Assembly: GCA_038248915.1 (NCBI GenBank)
Contig: JBBRXB010000003.1
Location: forward strand, 177,416-241,415
Direction: 5' to 3'
Length of the DNA stretch: 64,000 bases
Source: Candidatus Limnocylindrales bacterium
GTDB taxonomy: Bacteria > Chloroflexota > Limnocylindria > Limnocylindrales > CSP1-4
The notes beneath the pieces are model-generated. The model was not told the origin of the DNA. It saw only the letters and a program-made list of their open reading frames with translations, and did not search any database. Of the stretch, positions 19,335-29,128 are shown piece by piece (within the stretch, counting starts at the first letter, position 1; every line of letters starts with the position of its first letter). Position numbers and translations under genes: made by a program.

Positions 19335-22300
19335 GTGCAGCTCGCCCACGACGGAACGCTCATCGTCAGCGCTACTGACCTCGTCGGCTACCTGGCGTGC
19401 GACCACCTCGCGACCCTGGAGCTCGGTCGCGTCGAGGGCCTGTGGGAGAAGCCGATCCGCCAGGACGACCCCACCATCGCCCTCATCCAGGAGAAGGGCG
19501 ACCTCCACGAGGCGACCTACCTCGCCGCGTTGCGGGCCGAGGGCCTCCGCGTGGTCGAGATCGAAACAGGCGACCTCCGCACGCCCGACCAGCTACGCGA
19601 CGCGCAGGCCCTGACGCTCGAAGCGATGAGCGACGGTGTGGACGTCATCTTCCAGGCGACCTTCTTCGACGGTCGATGGCGTGGCCACGCCGACTTCCTG
19701 TTCAAGCGCCCGGATCGGCCGAGCCCGGTGTTGGGGTCGTGGAGCTACGACATCGGCGACACGAAGCTCGCCCGCTCGGTCAAGGCCGGCGCGATCCTTC
19801 AGATGTGCGTCTACGCGGATCTACTGGCCGGCCTCCAGGGCATCCCGCCAGAGTGGCTCTATGTCATCACCGGCGACGGCGTACGCCACGCGTACCGGCA
19901 TGACGACTTCTCCGCCTACTTCAGATATGTCCGAACCCGGTTCGACGCGCGCATCGTGGATGGGCTGGCGAACGGCCCGGCGGCCACGTACCCGAACCCG
20001 GTCGATCACTGCCGGGTCTGCAGCTGGTTCCCGATGTGCATGGATCGTCGTCGCGCAGATGACCACCTGTCGATCGTGGCGGGGATGCGTCGGATCGACA
20101 CCGAGCGTCTGAACGATTCCGGCATCCCGACGCTGGCCGGTCTCGCGGTCCTCGAACCGGATCGGGCGATCCAGGGTATCGGCGCCCCACAGCTCACGCG
20201 CATCCGTGAGCAGGCCCGGCTCCAGCTCCAGAAGCGCGTCACTGGCGAGCTCGCCTTCGAGCTCATCACACCCGACGCGGTGGACACCGGCCGGGGCCTG
20301 CGCGCCCTCCCCGAGCCGTCGGTCTGGGACCTGTTCTTCGACATCGAAGCCGATCCGTGGGCCACCGAGGTCGGCCTGGAGTATCTCCTCGGCGTGGTCG
20401 AGGAGGTCGACGGGGAACCGCGCTACCTCGATATCTGGGCGACCTCGCAGGAAGCGGAAAAGGCTGCGTTCGAGCGGTTCATCCGACTGGTCATCGACCG
20501 TCTGGACGCCCATCCGGCGATGCACGTCTACCACTACGGCGGGTATGAGGCCGGCGCGATCAAGCGCCTGATGCAGCGTCACGCGACCTGCGTCGATGAG
20601 GTCGACCGTCTGCTCCGCGGCGACGTCCTGGTCGACCTCCTCAACGTCGTCCGCCAAGGAATCCGTGCGTCAGTCGAGCGCTACTCGCTGAAGGACATCG
20701 AGAAGTTCTACATGCCAGCGCGCGAGGGCCCGGTCACCGACGCTGGCTTCAGCGTCGTCGCGTTCGAGACGTGGCTCAAGGAGGGCGATCAGGCGATCCT
20801 CGATGGCATCGCCCTCTACAACCGCGACGACTGCGTGTCGACCTGGATGCTCCGCGCCTGGCTGGAGGAGCGCCGCACGGAGGCCATCGAACGCTGGCCG
20901 GACCTCGACTGGGATCGACCGTTCGCCGTGGCACCGGAGCCATCGGCCGCCCTCACCGACTGGCTGCAAAAGGTCGAGGATCGCGTCCGTGCACTGACCG
21001 CCGAGCTCGCGACCGCCGACCATTCGCCCGAAGCGGATGGCCGTCGACTCCTGGCTGACCTGCTCGACTGGCACCGGCGCGAGGAGAAGTCGCAGTGGTG
21101 GCGTTGGTTCGAGCTCAAGGACGACCTGACGATCGAGCAACTCGTGACCGACCGCGAGGCGCTGGCTGGACTGTCGTTCCTCGAGGAGTTCGAGGGCCAC
21201 GGCGTGATGCGCCATCGACGGTACCGATTCGAACCGCAGGACCATGGCTTCCATGTCGGCGATGGAGCGACGGACAAGGGCACGGGCAAGGGCGCCGGGA
21301 CGATCGTCAGTCTCGACGACGCCGCAGGCATCGTCGTCCTCAAGCGATCTCGGAATGCCGAGTGGCCGCATCCTTCCGCACTCATCCCCAACGCGCCGAT
21401 CGAAAGCCTCGCGCAGCGGGGCGCCCTCCTACGGGTAGCCGATGCGGTCATCGCGGACGGCATCGACGTGGCCGGCGCCTATCGAGCCATCCGCGATCTG
21501 CTGCTTCGCATCCCTCCACGTCGCTCGGTGGGTTGGGGCGAGACGCTGGTCGAACCGGGCGAAGACGTCCTTGCCGCCGCGCGGCGTCTCGCCCTCGAAC
21601 TGGACGATGGCGTGCTCCCGATCCAGGGTCCGCCCGGTACCGGCAAGACCTATGCGGGCGCCCGCATGATCCTGGACCTGGTGGGTCGCGGCCGCCGGAC
21701 GGTCGCCATCACGGCCCAATCGCACAAGACGATCAGCAACCTCCTGGAAGCCATCATGGAGGCCGCCCGCGAGGAGGGTGTCTCGATCCGCGCGATCCAG
21801 AAGGCCGACGAGGACGATGAGCACGTCGGCCATCTCGACGGGGTGACGAGGGTCAGCGACAACGCCGGGGTGGCGGCTGCCCTGGCGGCGCGAACGGTGG
21901 ATGTCGTCGCTGGAACGCCCTGGCTGCTCGCTCGGCCGGAGTTCGATGCGACGTTCGACGTCCTGTTCGTTGACGAGGCCAGTCAGATGTCGCTCGCCAA
22001 TGCCGTCTCGATCGGTACATGTGCCCGGTCGATCGTCCTCATCGGGGACCCGAATCAGCTGCCGATGGTGAGCCTGGGCGTCCATCCGGAAGGTGCCGGC
22101 GCGACCTCCCTCGGCCAGCTGATCGGCGATTCCGTGACGGTGGAACCGGAGCGGGGGCTCTTCCTCGAGACGTCGCGGCGGATGCATCCGGATGTCAACG
22201 CCTTCATCTCACCGGCGTTCTACGACGATCGACTGACGACGCACCCCGACACGGCCATGCGCGTCGTGGACGGCCACGCCCCGGTCCTGTCCGGAACGGG

Positions 22301-22805
22301 CGTCCGATGGCTCCCGACCACGCACAAGGGCAACGGACCGCGCTCCTCCGAGGAGGCCGAGGTCGTCGCTGAGGTCGTCGCGAGGCTCATCACGATGACG
22401 AGACAGGACAAGGACGGCAGCCACACAGCCATCACCGTGGATGACGTCATCGTCATCGTCCCGTACAACGCGCAGGTCGCGGAGATCCAGGCCGCGCTGC
22501 AACGTCGGATCGGCCAGCGCGGCAACGTGGGGACCGTCGACAAGTTCCAGGGACGCGAAGGCGTCGTCGCGATCTATTCGATGGCGAGCTCGAGTCGCGA
22601 GGATGCGCCGCGCGACATGGGCTTCTTGTACTCGCGGCACCGGCTCAATGTCGCGATCTCGCGAGCGGAGTCGGTCGCCATCCTCGTCTGCTCGCCGACC
22701 CTCCTCGAAGCGGGCTGTCGCACCCCCGAGCAGATGCGCCTGGTGGACGCGCTGTGCCGGTTCGTCGAAACCGCGGCCGCACAGGACGCCGTCACGAGTC
22801 TATAA
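19335..22805 (+). CDS. TM0106-family RecB-like nuclease fused to an RNase H-like domain and a Upf1/DNA2-type SF1B helicase
   Basis: SATDL...LAC, G.ADFL, DTKLA, Q..VY, HCRVC..W...C, FFDIE, YSLK, YNRDDC, QGPPGTGKT, VDEASQ, GDPNQL, TVDKFQG.E, RLNVAISRA. Confidence 0.92.
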   Translation: MQLAHDGTLIVSATDLVGYLACDHLATLELGRVEGLWEKPIRQDDPTIALIQEKGDLHEATYLAALRAEGLRVVEIETGDLRTPDQLRDAQALTLEAMSDGVDVIFQATFFDGRWRGHADFLFKRPDRPSPVLGSWSYDIGDTKLARSVKAGAILQMCVYADLLAGLQGIPPEWLYVITGDGVRHAYRHDDFSAYFRYVRTRFDARIVDGLANGPAATYPNPVDHCRVCSWFPMCMDRRRADDHLSIVAGMRRIDTERLNDSGIPTLAGLAVLEPDRAIQGIGAPQLTRIREQARLQLQKRVTGELAFELITPDAVDTGRGLRALPEPSVWDLFFDIEADPWATEVGLEYLLGVVEEVDGEPRYLDIWATSQEAEKAAFERFIRLVIDRLDAHPAMHVYHYGGYEAGAIKRLMQRHATCVDEVDRLLRGDVLVDLLNVVRQGIRASVERYSLKDIEKFYMPAREGPVTDAGFSVVAFETWLKEGDQAILDGIALYNRDDCVSTWMLRAWLEERRTEAIERWPDLDWDRPFAVAPEPSAALTDWLQKVEDRVRALTAELATADHSPEADGRRLLADLLDWHRREEKSQWWRWFELKDDLTIEQLVTDREALAGLSFLEEFEGHGVMRHRRYRFEPQDHGFHVGDGATDKGTGKGAGTIVSLDDAAGIVVLKRSRNAEWPHPSALIPNAPIESLAQRGALLRVADAVIADGIDVAGAYRAIRDLLLRIPPRRSVGWGETLVEPGEDVLAAARRLALELDDGVLPIQGPPGTGKTYAGARMILDLVGRGRRTVAITAQSHKTISNLLEAIMEAAREEGVSIRAIQKADEDDEHVGHLDGVTRVSDNAGVAAALAARTVDVVAGTPWLLARPEFDATFDVLFVDEASQMSLANAVSIGTCARSIVLIGDPNQLPMVSLGVHPEGAGATSLGQLIGDSVTVEPERGLFLETSRRMHPDVNAFISPAFYDDRLTTHPDTAMRVVDGHAPVLSGTGVRWLPTTHKGNGPRSSEEAEVVAEVVARLITMTRQDKDGSHTAITVDDVIVIVPYNAQVAEIQAALQRRIGQRGNVGTVDKFQGREGVVAIYSMASSSREDAPRDMGFLYSRHRLNVAISRAESVAILVCSPTLLEAGCRTPEQMRLVDALCRFVETAAAQDAVTSL

Positions 22806-22861
22806 CGGATCGACGGCCCCTCGGTCGCGCAGGGTAGCCGCCGGGCTGCGCCGGGAATCGT

Positions 22862-22888
22862 GAAGCGCCCCGACCAACGGGGCGCTTC
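22862..22888. terminator. Hairpin between convergent genes
   Basis: GAAGCGCCCCG-ACCAA-CGGGGCGCTTC, perfect 11-bp stem. Confidence 0.65.
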
Positions 22889-22906
22889 GAGCGATGCGAA
22901 TGAAGG

Positions 22907-23452
22907 TCAGGCGGCGACGGCGACCTTGGCCGTCTCCACGATGGCGACCTCGACCTCGAGCTTGATCGTGTCGCCGACGAGCCAGCCACCGGTCTCGAGC
23001 GCGACGTTCCAGTTGAGGTTCCAGTCCTTGCGGTTGACCTTCGCCGTCGCGGTGAAACCCGCGTGGCGTGCGCCGTCCATGCCCGGGAAGAAGCCGAGGA
23101 ACTCGACATCAAAATCGACCGGCCTGGTGACGTCGCGGACGGTGACGTCGGCGGTCACGACATAGTCGTTGCCGCCCTTCGGCCGGATCGTCGTCGACTC
23201 GATGTGGATCTCCGGGTACGTCTCGACGCCGAAGAAGTCCTCGGATCGAAGGTGGCTGTCGCGGGCGCCGAAACCGGTGTCGAGGCTGGCGGCCTTGACC
23301 GTGACGTGGGCCTTCGACGCGCTGGGGTCGGCCTCGTCGAGCTCGATCGTGCCGGCCACGTCGGTGAATGTACCGCGGACGGTGGTGACCATCATGTGCT
23401 TGGTCGAGAAGAGGACGTCGGTGTGGGCCGGATCGATCGTGAATGTCGCCAT
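22907..23452 (-). CDS. yceI: YceI family lipid/polyisoprenoid-binding protein
   Basis: IDPAHT.V.F..KHMM, RD.HLRS.DFF, NRKDWNLNWN..LETGG. Confidence 0.92.
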   Translation of the reverse strand: MATFTIDPAHTDVLFSTKHMMVTTVRGTFTDVAGTIELDEADPSASKAHVTVKAASLDTGFGARDSHLRSEDFFGVETYPEIHIESTTIRPKGGNDYVVTADVTVRDVTRPVDFDVEFLGFFPGMDGARHAGFTATAKVNRKDWNLNWNVALETGGWLVGDTIKLEVEVAIVETAKVAVAA

Positions 23453-23502
23453 GGTTGGGCTTGTGCCTCCGAGTGCTCCAGCATCGCCGGCGCGTACGTG
23501 TT

Positions 23503-23544
23503 GTTGACGAAGCAACCATACTGCGATATCGTTGCGGTGTCAAC
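23503..23544. promoter_or_regulatory. yceI promoter overlapped by two palindromic operators (probable MarR sites)
   Basis: GTTG-N6-CAAC at 23503-23516 and 23531-23544; minus-strand TTGACA-17-TATGGT. Confidence 0.75.
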
Positions 23545-23586
23545 CAACCAGTCCCTGTCCATCCGACCAGGTGGTAGCATCCCGTC

Positions 23587-24126
23587 ATGACAGTCTCCGA
23601 GCCGATCGCTCGACCGCTCACCGCCAAGGACCCACGGCTCGCGCCGTGGCGCGCCTTCCTGCTGGCTCACGCACGTGTGTCGCGCCGGCTCGATGAGGAG
23701 CTGCGCGCCGAGCACGACGTGTCGTTCGCCGAGTACGACGCGCTGCTGACCATCGCCCAGGCGCCCGACCGCCGCATCCGGATGGGCTTGCTGGCCGAGC
23801 AGGTGCTGCTCAGCAAGAGCGGCGTCACCCGGCTGATCGATCGTCTCGTCGGCGATGGCCTGGTCGAGCGAAGCACCTGCCTGTCCGACGCGCGCGGCGC
23901 CGAAGCGGTCCTGACCGAGCGCGGTCTGGCCCGGCTCCGCGCGGCCTCGCGAACGCACCTGCGCGGGATCAGCGAGCATTTCCTCGCGATCGTGGACGCG
24001 ACCGACGTCGAGGTCCTGGAGCGGACGATGACCGCCGTGGCCCGCCGGGCCGGACCTGGCGACAGCGACCCTGGGATCTGCGTCACGGACGTGATCGACC
24101 CACAGCTCCCGACCGGCGGTCGCTGA
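23587..24126 (+). CDS. MarR family transcriptional regulator
   Basis: LA.QVLLSKSGVTRLIDRL...GLVER....D.RG...LT..G winged helix; divergent from yceI. Confidence 0.92.
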   Translation: MTVSEPIARPLTAKDPRLAPWRAFLLAHARVSRRLDEELRAEHDVSFAEYDALLTIAQAPDRRIRMGLLAEQVLLSKSGVTRLIDRLVGDGLVERSTCLSDARGAEAVLTERGLARLRAASRTHLRGISEHFLAIVDATDVEVLERTMTAVARRAGPGDSDPGICVTDVIDPQLPTGGR

Positions 24127-24132
24127 CCGGTC

Positions 24133-24852
24133 GTGCCCGGGTGCCTGTTCGCCGGCACGAGCGGCTTCTCCTACGCGGGCTGGGTCCCGCGCTTCTACCC
24201 GGCCGGGCTGCCGGCCGGCAGGTTCCTGTCGCACTACGCCGGGCGCTTGTCGGCGGTCGAGTTGAACAACACCTACTACGCCTCGCCGTCCGCTTCGAAG
24301 GTCGAGGGCTGGGTCGCGGCGACGCCGCCCGACTTCCGGTTCTCGGTCAAGGCCCAGCGCGGCGGTTCGTTCCGGGCGATGCAGACGGACCCAGTCGAGA
24401 GCGTGCCGTGGCTGACCGGCCCGTACCGGGCGTTCGGGGAGCGGCTGGGGACCGTGCTGTTCCGTGTCCCGGACGCGATGAAGCGAGATGACGCCAAGCT
24501 GGCCGCGATGCTGGCCGAGTGGCCGGCGGACCTGCCGCTGACGATGGAGTTCCAGGATCCGTCGTGGCACGTCGACGAGACCTTCGCGGCGCTGACGGCG
24601 GCCGGTGCGGCCCTGTGCGCGACCGAGCTGCCAGAGGATGAGGCGCCGCCGATCCTGCGTCGGACTGGCTCCTTCCTGTATGTGCGCCTGCGCCGGCTCG
24701 ACTACGCGGATGCCGAGCTGGCAGCGTGGGCGGCGCGGCTCGAACCGTTCCTTGGCGCGGGCGATGACGTGTACGCGTTCTTCCGCCATGACGAGGTGGG
24801 ACGTGGCGCGGAGCTGGCGCTGGGATTGCGCAGGCTCCTGGAGCTCCGATGA
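24133..24852 (+). CDS. DUF72 domain protein
   Basis: GTSGFSY..W...FYP, VELNNTYY, FRFSVKA, YVRLR. Confidence 0.9.
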   Translation: MPGCLFAGTSGFSYAGWVPRFYPAGLPAGRFLSHYAGRLSAVELNNTYYASPSASKVEGWVAATPPDFRFSVKAQRGGSFRAMQTDPVESVPWLTGPYRAFGERLGTVLFRVPDAMKRDDAKLAAMLAEWPADLPLTMEFQDPSWHVDETFAALTAAGAALCATELPEDEAPPILRRTGSFLYVRLRRLDYADAELAAWAARLEPFLGAGDDVYAFFRHDEVGRGAELALGLRRLLELR

Positions 24853-24904
24853 GACCACGCTGGGATCTCGATCGAGCGGGGCCTCGATCCGCGACCATTG
24901 CCGC

Positions 24905-25121
24905 GGTGGCCATCCATGCTCCCGGCGAATATCCGTCCTCGCCCGCGTCGGTTCCGTGAGAGGTAGTCATGGGGTGACTGTTGGGCAAGCCCACCGAGCT
25001 TCCTGGGTCGGTCGCGGTCCGGATCCACGCTCAGGGTCGCGGCGCAACGAGTCTCGGACCTCGCGAATCGGGCCCGAACGTGGCCCAAGCGTCACCCGGC
25101 GCATATTTGGCCACATTTGGC
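24905..25121 (-). repeat. Dispersed intergenic element, copy B (homologous to 16114-16370)
   Basis: Minus strand: GGCCAAATATGCGCC (25112-25098), CAGTCACCCCATGACT (24980-24965), GGATAT-N14-GATGGCCAC (from 24934); spacing nearly identical to copy A. Confidence 0.6.
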
Positions 25122-25166
25122 AGCGCGGCCGCGGCCCGAACGCCCCATGCCCGCCCGAACGACCGG

Positions 25167-25493
25167 TCAGCTGCGATCGCCCTCGGCGGGGCCGAACATC
25201 ACGAGCAGCTCGAGACGCTCGGCGATGTCGTGGAAGCGATGCAGGACGGTCGCCGGCACGAAGATGACCGTGCCGGGCACGATCGGGCGCGTCTCGGCGC
25301 CAACCGTGACCATGCCGCGGCCCGAGACCACGTAGTACAGCTCGTCCTCGGTGTGGGGCTGTTGCGGGTCGGTAGCGCCGGCATCGAGCGTGTAGATCCC
25401 GCCCGACAGGTCCGGGACCCGGATGAACTCGTGATAGAGACGGCCGGCCGTGGCGCGCGTGGCCTCGATATCGCTGAACTCCCAGGCGTCCAT
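25167..25493 (-). CDS. Cupin domain protein
   Basis: QQPHTEDELYYVVSGRG and GTVIFVPA...HRF cupin motifs; AAGGAG SD. Confidence 0.88.
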   Translation of the reverse strand: MDAWEFSDIEATRATAGRLYHEFIRVPDLSGGIYTLDAGATDPQQPHTEDELYYVVSGRGMVTVGAETRPIVPGTVIFVPATVLHRFHDIAERLELLVMFGPAEGDRS

Positions 25494-25502
25494 GTCGCTC
25501 CT

Positions 25503-27005
25503 TCAGGGTGTCGGGACGGTCTTGCCATCGGGCCCGAGCCCGGTCTCGTCGAGGAGCTCCGAGACCGCGCGGTCGCGCTCCGCTTCGGTGTCGAATGAGA
25601 GGACCAGCGGGCCGGTCCCGGCAACGACGCGGAGCGCAGGCCGGGGACCCCGGAAGGCCATGACCCGACCGGCCGACACGCGGCGGAGCTCGCCGAGCCC
25701 GAGCGCGACGCCCTGCGGATGGCCGAAGCGCTCGACCAGGAGGGTCGTCGTGACTGGCTCATCGACCAGCGGTGCCGCCGACGCCCCGGGTTCGGCCGCG
25801 CCCGCGGGCTGGGCCGGCGCCGGCACGGTCGACACTGGCCTCCCGAACGCGAACCGCACGAGCTCCCCCGGCGCCTCGCGGACGCGCTCGCGTCCGGTCG
25901 GCGTCCGGACGATGCCGGTGATCCGCAATGGCAGCCGCTCGCCGGCGCAGAGCGTCGTGACCGGGTCCGGCAGTCGCCCCTCGGACCGTCGATAGATGAG
26001 GTAGCCACCGGCCAGCCCGACGAGGATCGTTCCAGCGGCGGCGACGCAGAGGAGCGCCAGCACGTAGGCCAGTGGCGCACTGCCGGGCGGCACGGCCTCG
26101 TCGAGCAGGTAACGGTCCGACACGTGCAGGTCATAGTCCGCGATGTCGAACCCCTGGCTGTCTGTCGCGTCATCGATCGCCCGCTCCTCGCGCCGGAGGA
26201 GTCCCGTGACGGTCGCCTGGCTGAACTCGGGCGGCTCATCGACCAGCACCCGGATCCCGTGCTTGGTCAGCTGGTCGAAGACGACCATCTCGTAGCCGTG
26301 CGCCTCGCCCGGGTCGCACACGCCGTCGTGGTCGTCATCCCTGCTGCAAACGGCGACATACGCCCCCGTGCGTGAGCCGGTCAGCTCGACGGCTGTCCCC
26401 GACGCCGGCAGCGGCCCCGCCAGGTCGAGCGCCCGGGTCGTCCCCGTGGCGCGCGTCGTATCGAGGATGGTGTCGGCGTCGACGTGGATCCCGGCCCGGG
26501 CGATCTCCTCCTGGAACGGGGCGTATGCCTCGGTTCGATCGTTCGGGTCGGCGATGAGGATGCCGCGCGCCAGGTACGTGAAGATGTGCGCCGGTGAACG
26601 AGTCGATCGGACCGTCACGCCGCGCCGGTCGACCGGGTCGACCAGCCAGTAATACCAGGCGTCGCCCGTCTCGCCGCCGTCCTCGATGCCGTTACCGTTG
26701 CCGTCCTGGAAGGTCTCGAGCCACGTCGTGGAGAGCGAGCCCGTCAGCGTCGAATACGTCCGATCGCCGAGATCGCGGGCGGTCGACACCACCGATGGGT
26801 CGAGCGCGACCGGTGCCGACGGGTCGGTCACCTCCAGCCCGGCCGCGACGAGGATCCCCGCCAGGACCAGCAGGAGCGTCGCCACGACGACCGAACCGGG
26901 GCGCGTCGCAGCCAGCCCGCCGCGCAGCCCGCCGGCGAGCAGCCGAACGAGACGATCGGCGGCATCGGTGACGGCGCCGGCCCCGGAGATGAGACGATCG
27001 AGCAT
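25503..27005 (-). CDS. Hypothetical two-TM membrane protein with a duplicated extracytoplasmic module and DxDxDG-like loops
   Basis: AAGGAG SD; TMs near aa 40-57 and 312-337; DGNGNGIEDGGE and DDDHDGVCDPGE loops. Confidence 0.7.
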   Translation of the reverse strand: MLDRLISGAGAVTDAADRLVRLLAGGLRGGLAATRPGSVVVATLLLVLAGILVAAGLEVTDPSAPVALDPSVVSTARDLGDRTYSTLTGSLSTTWLETFQDGNGNGIEDGGETGDAWYYWLVDPVDRRGVTVRSTRSPAHIFTYLARGILIADPNDRTEAYAPFQEEIARAGIHVDADTILDTTRATGTTRALDLAGPLPASGTAVELTGSRTGAYVAVCSRDDDHDGVCDPGEAHGYEMVVFDQLTKHGIRVLVDEPPEFSQATVTGLLRREERAIDDATDSQGFDIADYDLHVSDRYLLDEAVPPGSAPLAYVLALLCVAAAGTILVGLAGGYLIYRRSEGRLPDPVTTLCAGERLPLRITGIVRTPTGRERVREAPGELVRFAFGRPVSTVPAPAQPAGAAEPGASAAPLVDEPVTTTLLVERFGHPQGVALGLGELRRVSAGRVMAFRGPRPALRVVAGTGPLVLSFDTEAERDRAVSELLDETGLGPDGKTVPTP

Positions 27006-27084
27006 GGAGACTCCTTCGCGCCGCAGGGTAGCAGCGCCGGACTCGCCGCGAGCCGAAGGCGCCGAAACGTCCTAGCATCGCCCG

Positions 27085-28392
27085 ATGCATCCGTTCCGTT
27101 CGCGTCTGCCCACCGGTGTCGCGTTCGTGACGGTGGCCATCCTCGTCGTGGCGTGCGGCACGACGGCAGCGTCCGCGCCGGTCGTCACGCCAGACCCCAG
27201 CGCGAGCGCCAGCGCGGCGGGCAGCAGCGCACCGACGACGATCGCCTCCAGCGCCTCCGGGCCGTCGGCAACGGCATCGGGCGCGACGACGGCCCCGTTC
27301 GACCCGACCGGCCAAACGGTCGAAGCGGAGGTCATCCTCAAGGGCTTCGATTCGCCGCTCGATATCGCCGATCCGGGTGACGGCAGCGGCCGGCTGTTCG
27401 TCGTCGAACAGGGCGGCCGGATCCGTGTCGTCAAGGCCGGCACGATCCTGCCGCAGCCGTTCCTCGATATCTCGAACCGGATCACGAGCGGCGGCGAGCG
27501 CGGGCTCCTTGGCCTTGCCTTCCACCCAGGCTTCCCGACCGATCCGCGGTTCTTTGTCGACTCCACCGACCCCGACGGGAACACGGTCGTGTCCTCGTGG
27601 CAGATCAGCGCCACGAACCCGGACATGGCCGACCCGGCCAGCGAAATGGTCCTCCTTCACATCACGCAGCCATTCGCCAACCACAACGGAGGAGCGGTCC
27701 AATTCGGGCCGGACGGGATGCTCTACGTGGCGCTGGGCGACGGCGGTTCCGGCGGCGACCCGCAGGGCAACGGCCAGCGGCTGGACACGTTGCTGGCCAA
27801 GATCCTCCGGATCGATGTCGACGTGCCGAGCGGGACCACGTCCCCGTACGTGGTGCCGCCCGACAACCCGTTCGTATCGAACCCGCAGGCGCGCCCGGAG
27901 ATCTGGCTGACCGGCCTCCGCAACCCTTGGCGGATCCGTTTCGACCCTCCGACCGGCGACCTGTGGATCGGCGACGTCGGGCAGAACAAGTGGGAGGAGA
28001 TCGACGTCGCACGGGCGGGCGTCGGCGGCCTCGACTACGGCTGGAACCTGATGGAGGGCTTCCACTGCTACCAGCCGGCCGATGGCTGCGATCAGACCGG
28101 CCTGACTCTGCCGCTCGCCGAATACGACCACAGCGAGGGCTGTGCGGTCATCGGCGGCGTGATCGTCCGGGACGCGCGGCAGGGCCTGCTGAACGGCGGC
28201 TACCTGTTCGGCGACGCCTGTTCGGACAACCTGTGGCTGATGGACCCGAACGGTGACGGCCGGCGCGAACCGATCATCGCCGCGCACCTGGGCCGGACGC
28301 TGAGCTCGATCGGTCAGGCTGCGGACGGGACCGTCTACGCAACGAGTCTGTCGACCGGGGAGCTGCTCCGGCTGCACGCCCCGGGGCGCTGA
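27085..28392 (+). CDS. PQQ-dependent sugar dehydrogenase (GSDH beta-propeller) lipoprotein
   Basis: Lipobox VVAC; LFVVEQGG, ERGLLGLAFHP, NHNGG..FGPDG.LY...GDGG, GLRNPWR..FD, DVGQ. Confidence 0.92.
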   Translation: MHPFRSRLPTGVAFVTVAILVVACGTTAASAPVVTPDPSASASAAGSSAPTTIASSASGPSATASGATTAPFDPTGQTVEAEVILKGFDSPLDIADPGDGSGRLFVVEQGGRIRVVKAGTILPQPFLDISNRITSGGERGLLGLAFHPGFPTDPRFFVDSTDPDGNTVVSSWQISATNPDMADPASEMVLLHITQPFANHNGGAVQFGPDGMLYVALGDGGSGGDPQGNGQRLDTLLAKILRIDVDVPSGTTSPYVVPPDNPFVSNPQARPEIWLTGLRNPWRIRFDPPTGDLWIGDVGQNKWEEIDVARAGVGGLDYGWNLMEGFHCYQPADGCDQTGLTLPLAEYDHSEGCAVIGGVIVRDARQGLLNGGYLFGDACSDNLWLMDPNGDGRREPIIAAHLGRTLSSIGQAADGTVYATSLSTGELLRLHAPGR

Positions 28393-28412
28393 GCGAGCGG
28401 CGGCGCCGGGCC

Positions 28413-28454
28413 GGATCGGCGCCGGGCCGTCACGGATCGGCGCCGGGCCGTCAC
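28413..28454. repeat. Short tandem duplication (21-bp unit x2) between convergent genes
   Basis: GGATCGGCGCCGGGCCGTCAC repeated twice, with partial flanking copies. Confidence 0.7.
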
Positions 28455-28470
28455 GGCGCCGCGCCGCCCG

Positions 28471-29112
28471 TCATGCGATCCGGAACGTCACCGTGACGGT
28501 CACTGCGATCTCGGTGACCCCGGCCTCGACTGGCGTCGAGGACTCCGTGGCCATCGTCAGGCGGGCGACCTTGGCGATCGGCCAGGCCGGTGGCGGGCCA
28601 CCTTCGACGATGTCCGAGACGCCGGCGATCGCGACCCCGGCGGCGGCCGCCAGCACCTCCGCCCGGGCACGGGCCTGGGCGACCGCTGAGGTCCGGGCCG
28701 CCCGCTCCGCCTCGGTCGGGTCCTCCACCCGAAAGGCCAGCCCGTCGAGACTGGTCGCCCCGGCCTCGAGGGCGCCGTCGACCACGCCACCGAGCGCCGC
28801 CAGATCGCGGACCGTGACCTCGACCACGTTTGACAGGTCGTAGCCGGCCAGCGTCGGCGCCTGCCCATCGCGGTAGTCGTATCGCGGCTGGACGGACAGG
28901 AGCGTCGTCCGCGTGTCGCGGCCGGCCACGCCTGCCGCTTCGACGGCAGCCAGGATCGCGGTCATCGCCCCCGCCGCCGCGGAGCGTGCCTCGGCCACCG
29001 TCGCGCGTGAGATGGCGACGCCCAGGCGCAGATCGGCGACGTCCGGGTCGACCGCCACCCGTCCCGTGCCACCGACCACGATCGTGCCCCCCAGCTCAGC
29101 AGGTCCAGGCAT
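28471..29112 (-). CDS. SIMPL domain (DUF541) protein
   Basis: G.G.V...PD.A.L.LGV, L.VQPRYDY, GAT..DGL.F, AV.QARARAE.LA, V.VTF. Confidence 0.9.
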   Translation of the reverse strand: MPGPAELGGTIVVGGTGRVAVDPDVADLRLGVAISRATVAEARSAAAGAMTAILAAVEAAGVAGRDTRTTLLSVQPRYDYRDGQAPTLAGYDLSNVVEVTVRDLAALGGVVDGALEAGATSLDGLAFRVEDPTEAERAARTSAVAQARARAEVLAAAAGVAIAGVSDIVEGGPPPAWPIAKVARLTMATESSTPVEAGVTEIAVTVTVTFRIA

Positions 29113-29128
29113 CGGTCTCCTCCTTCGT

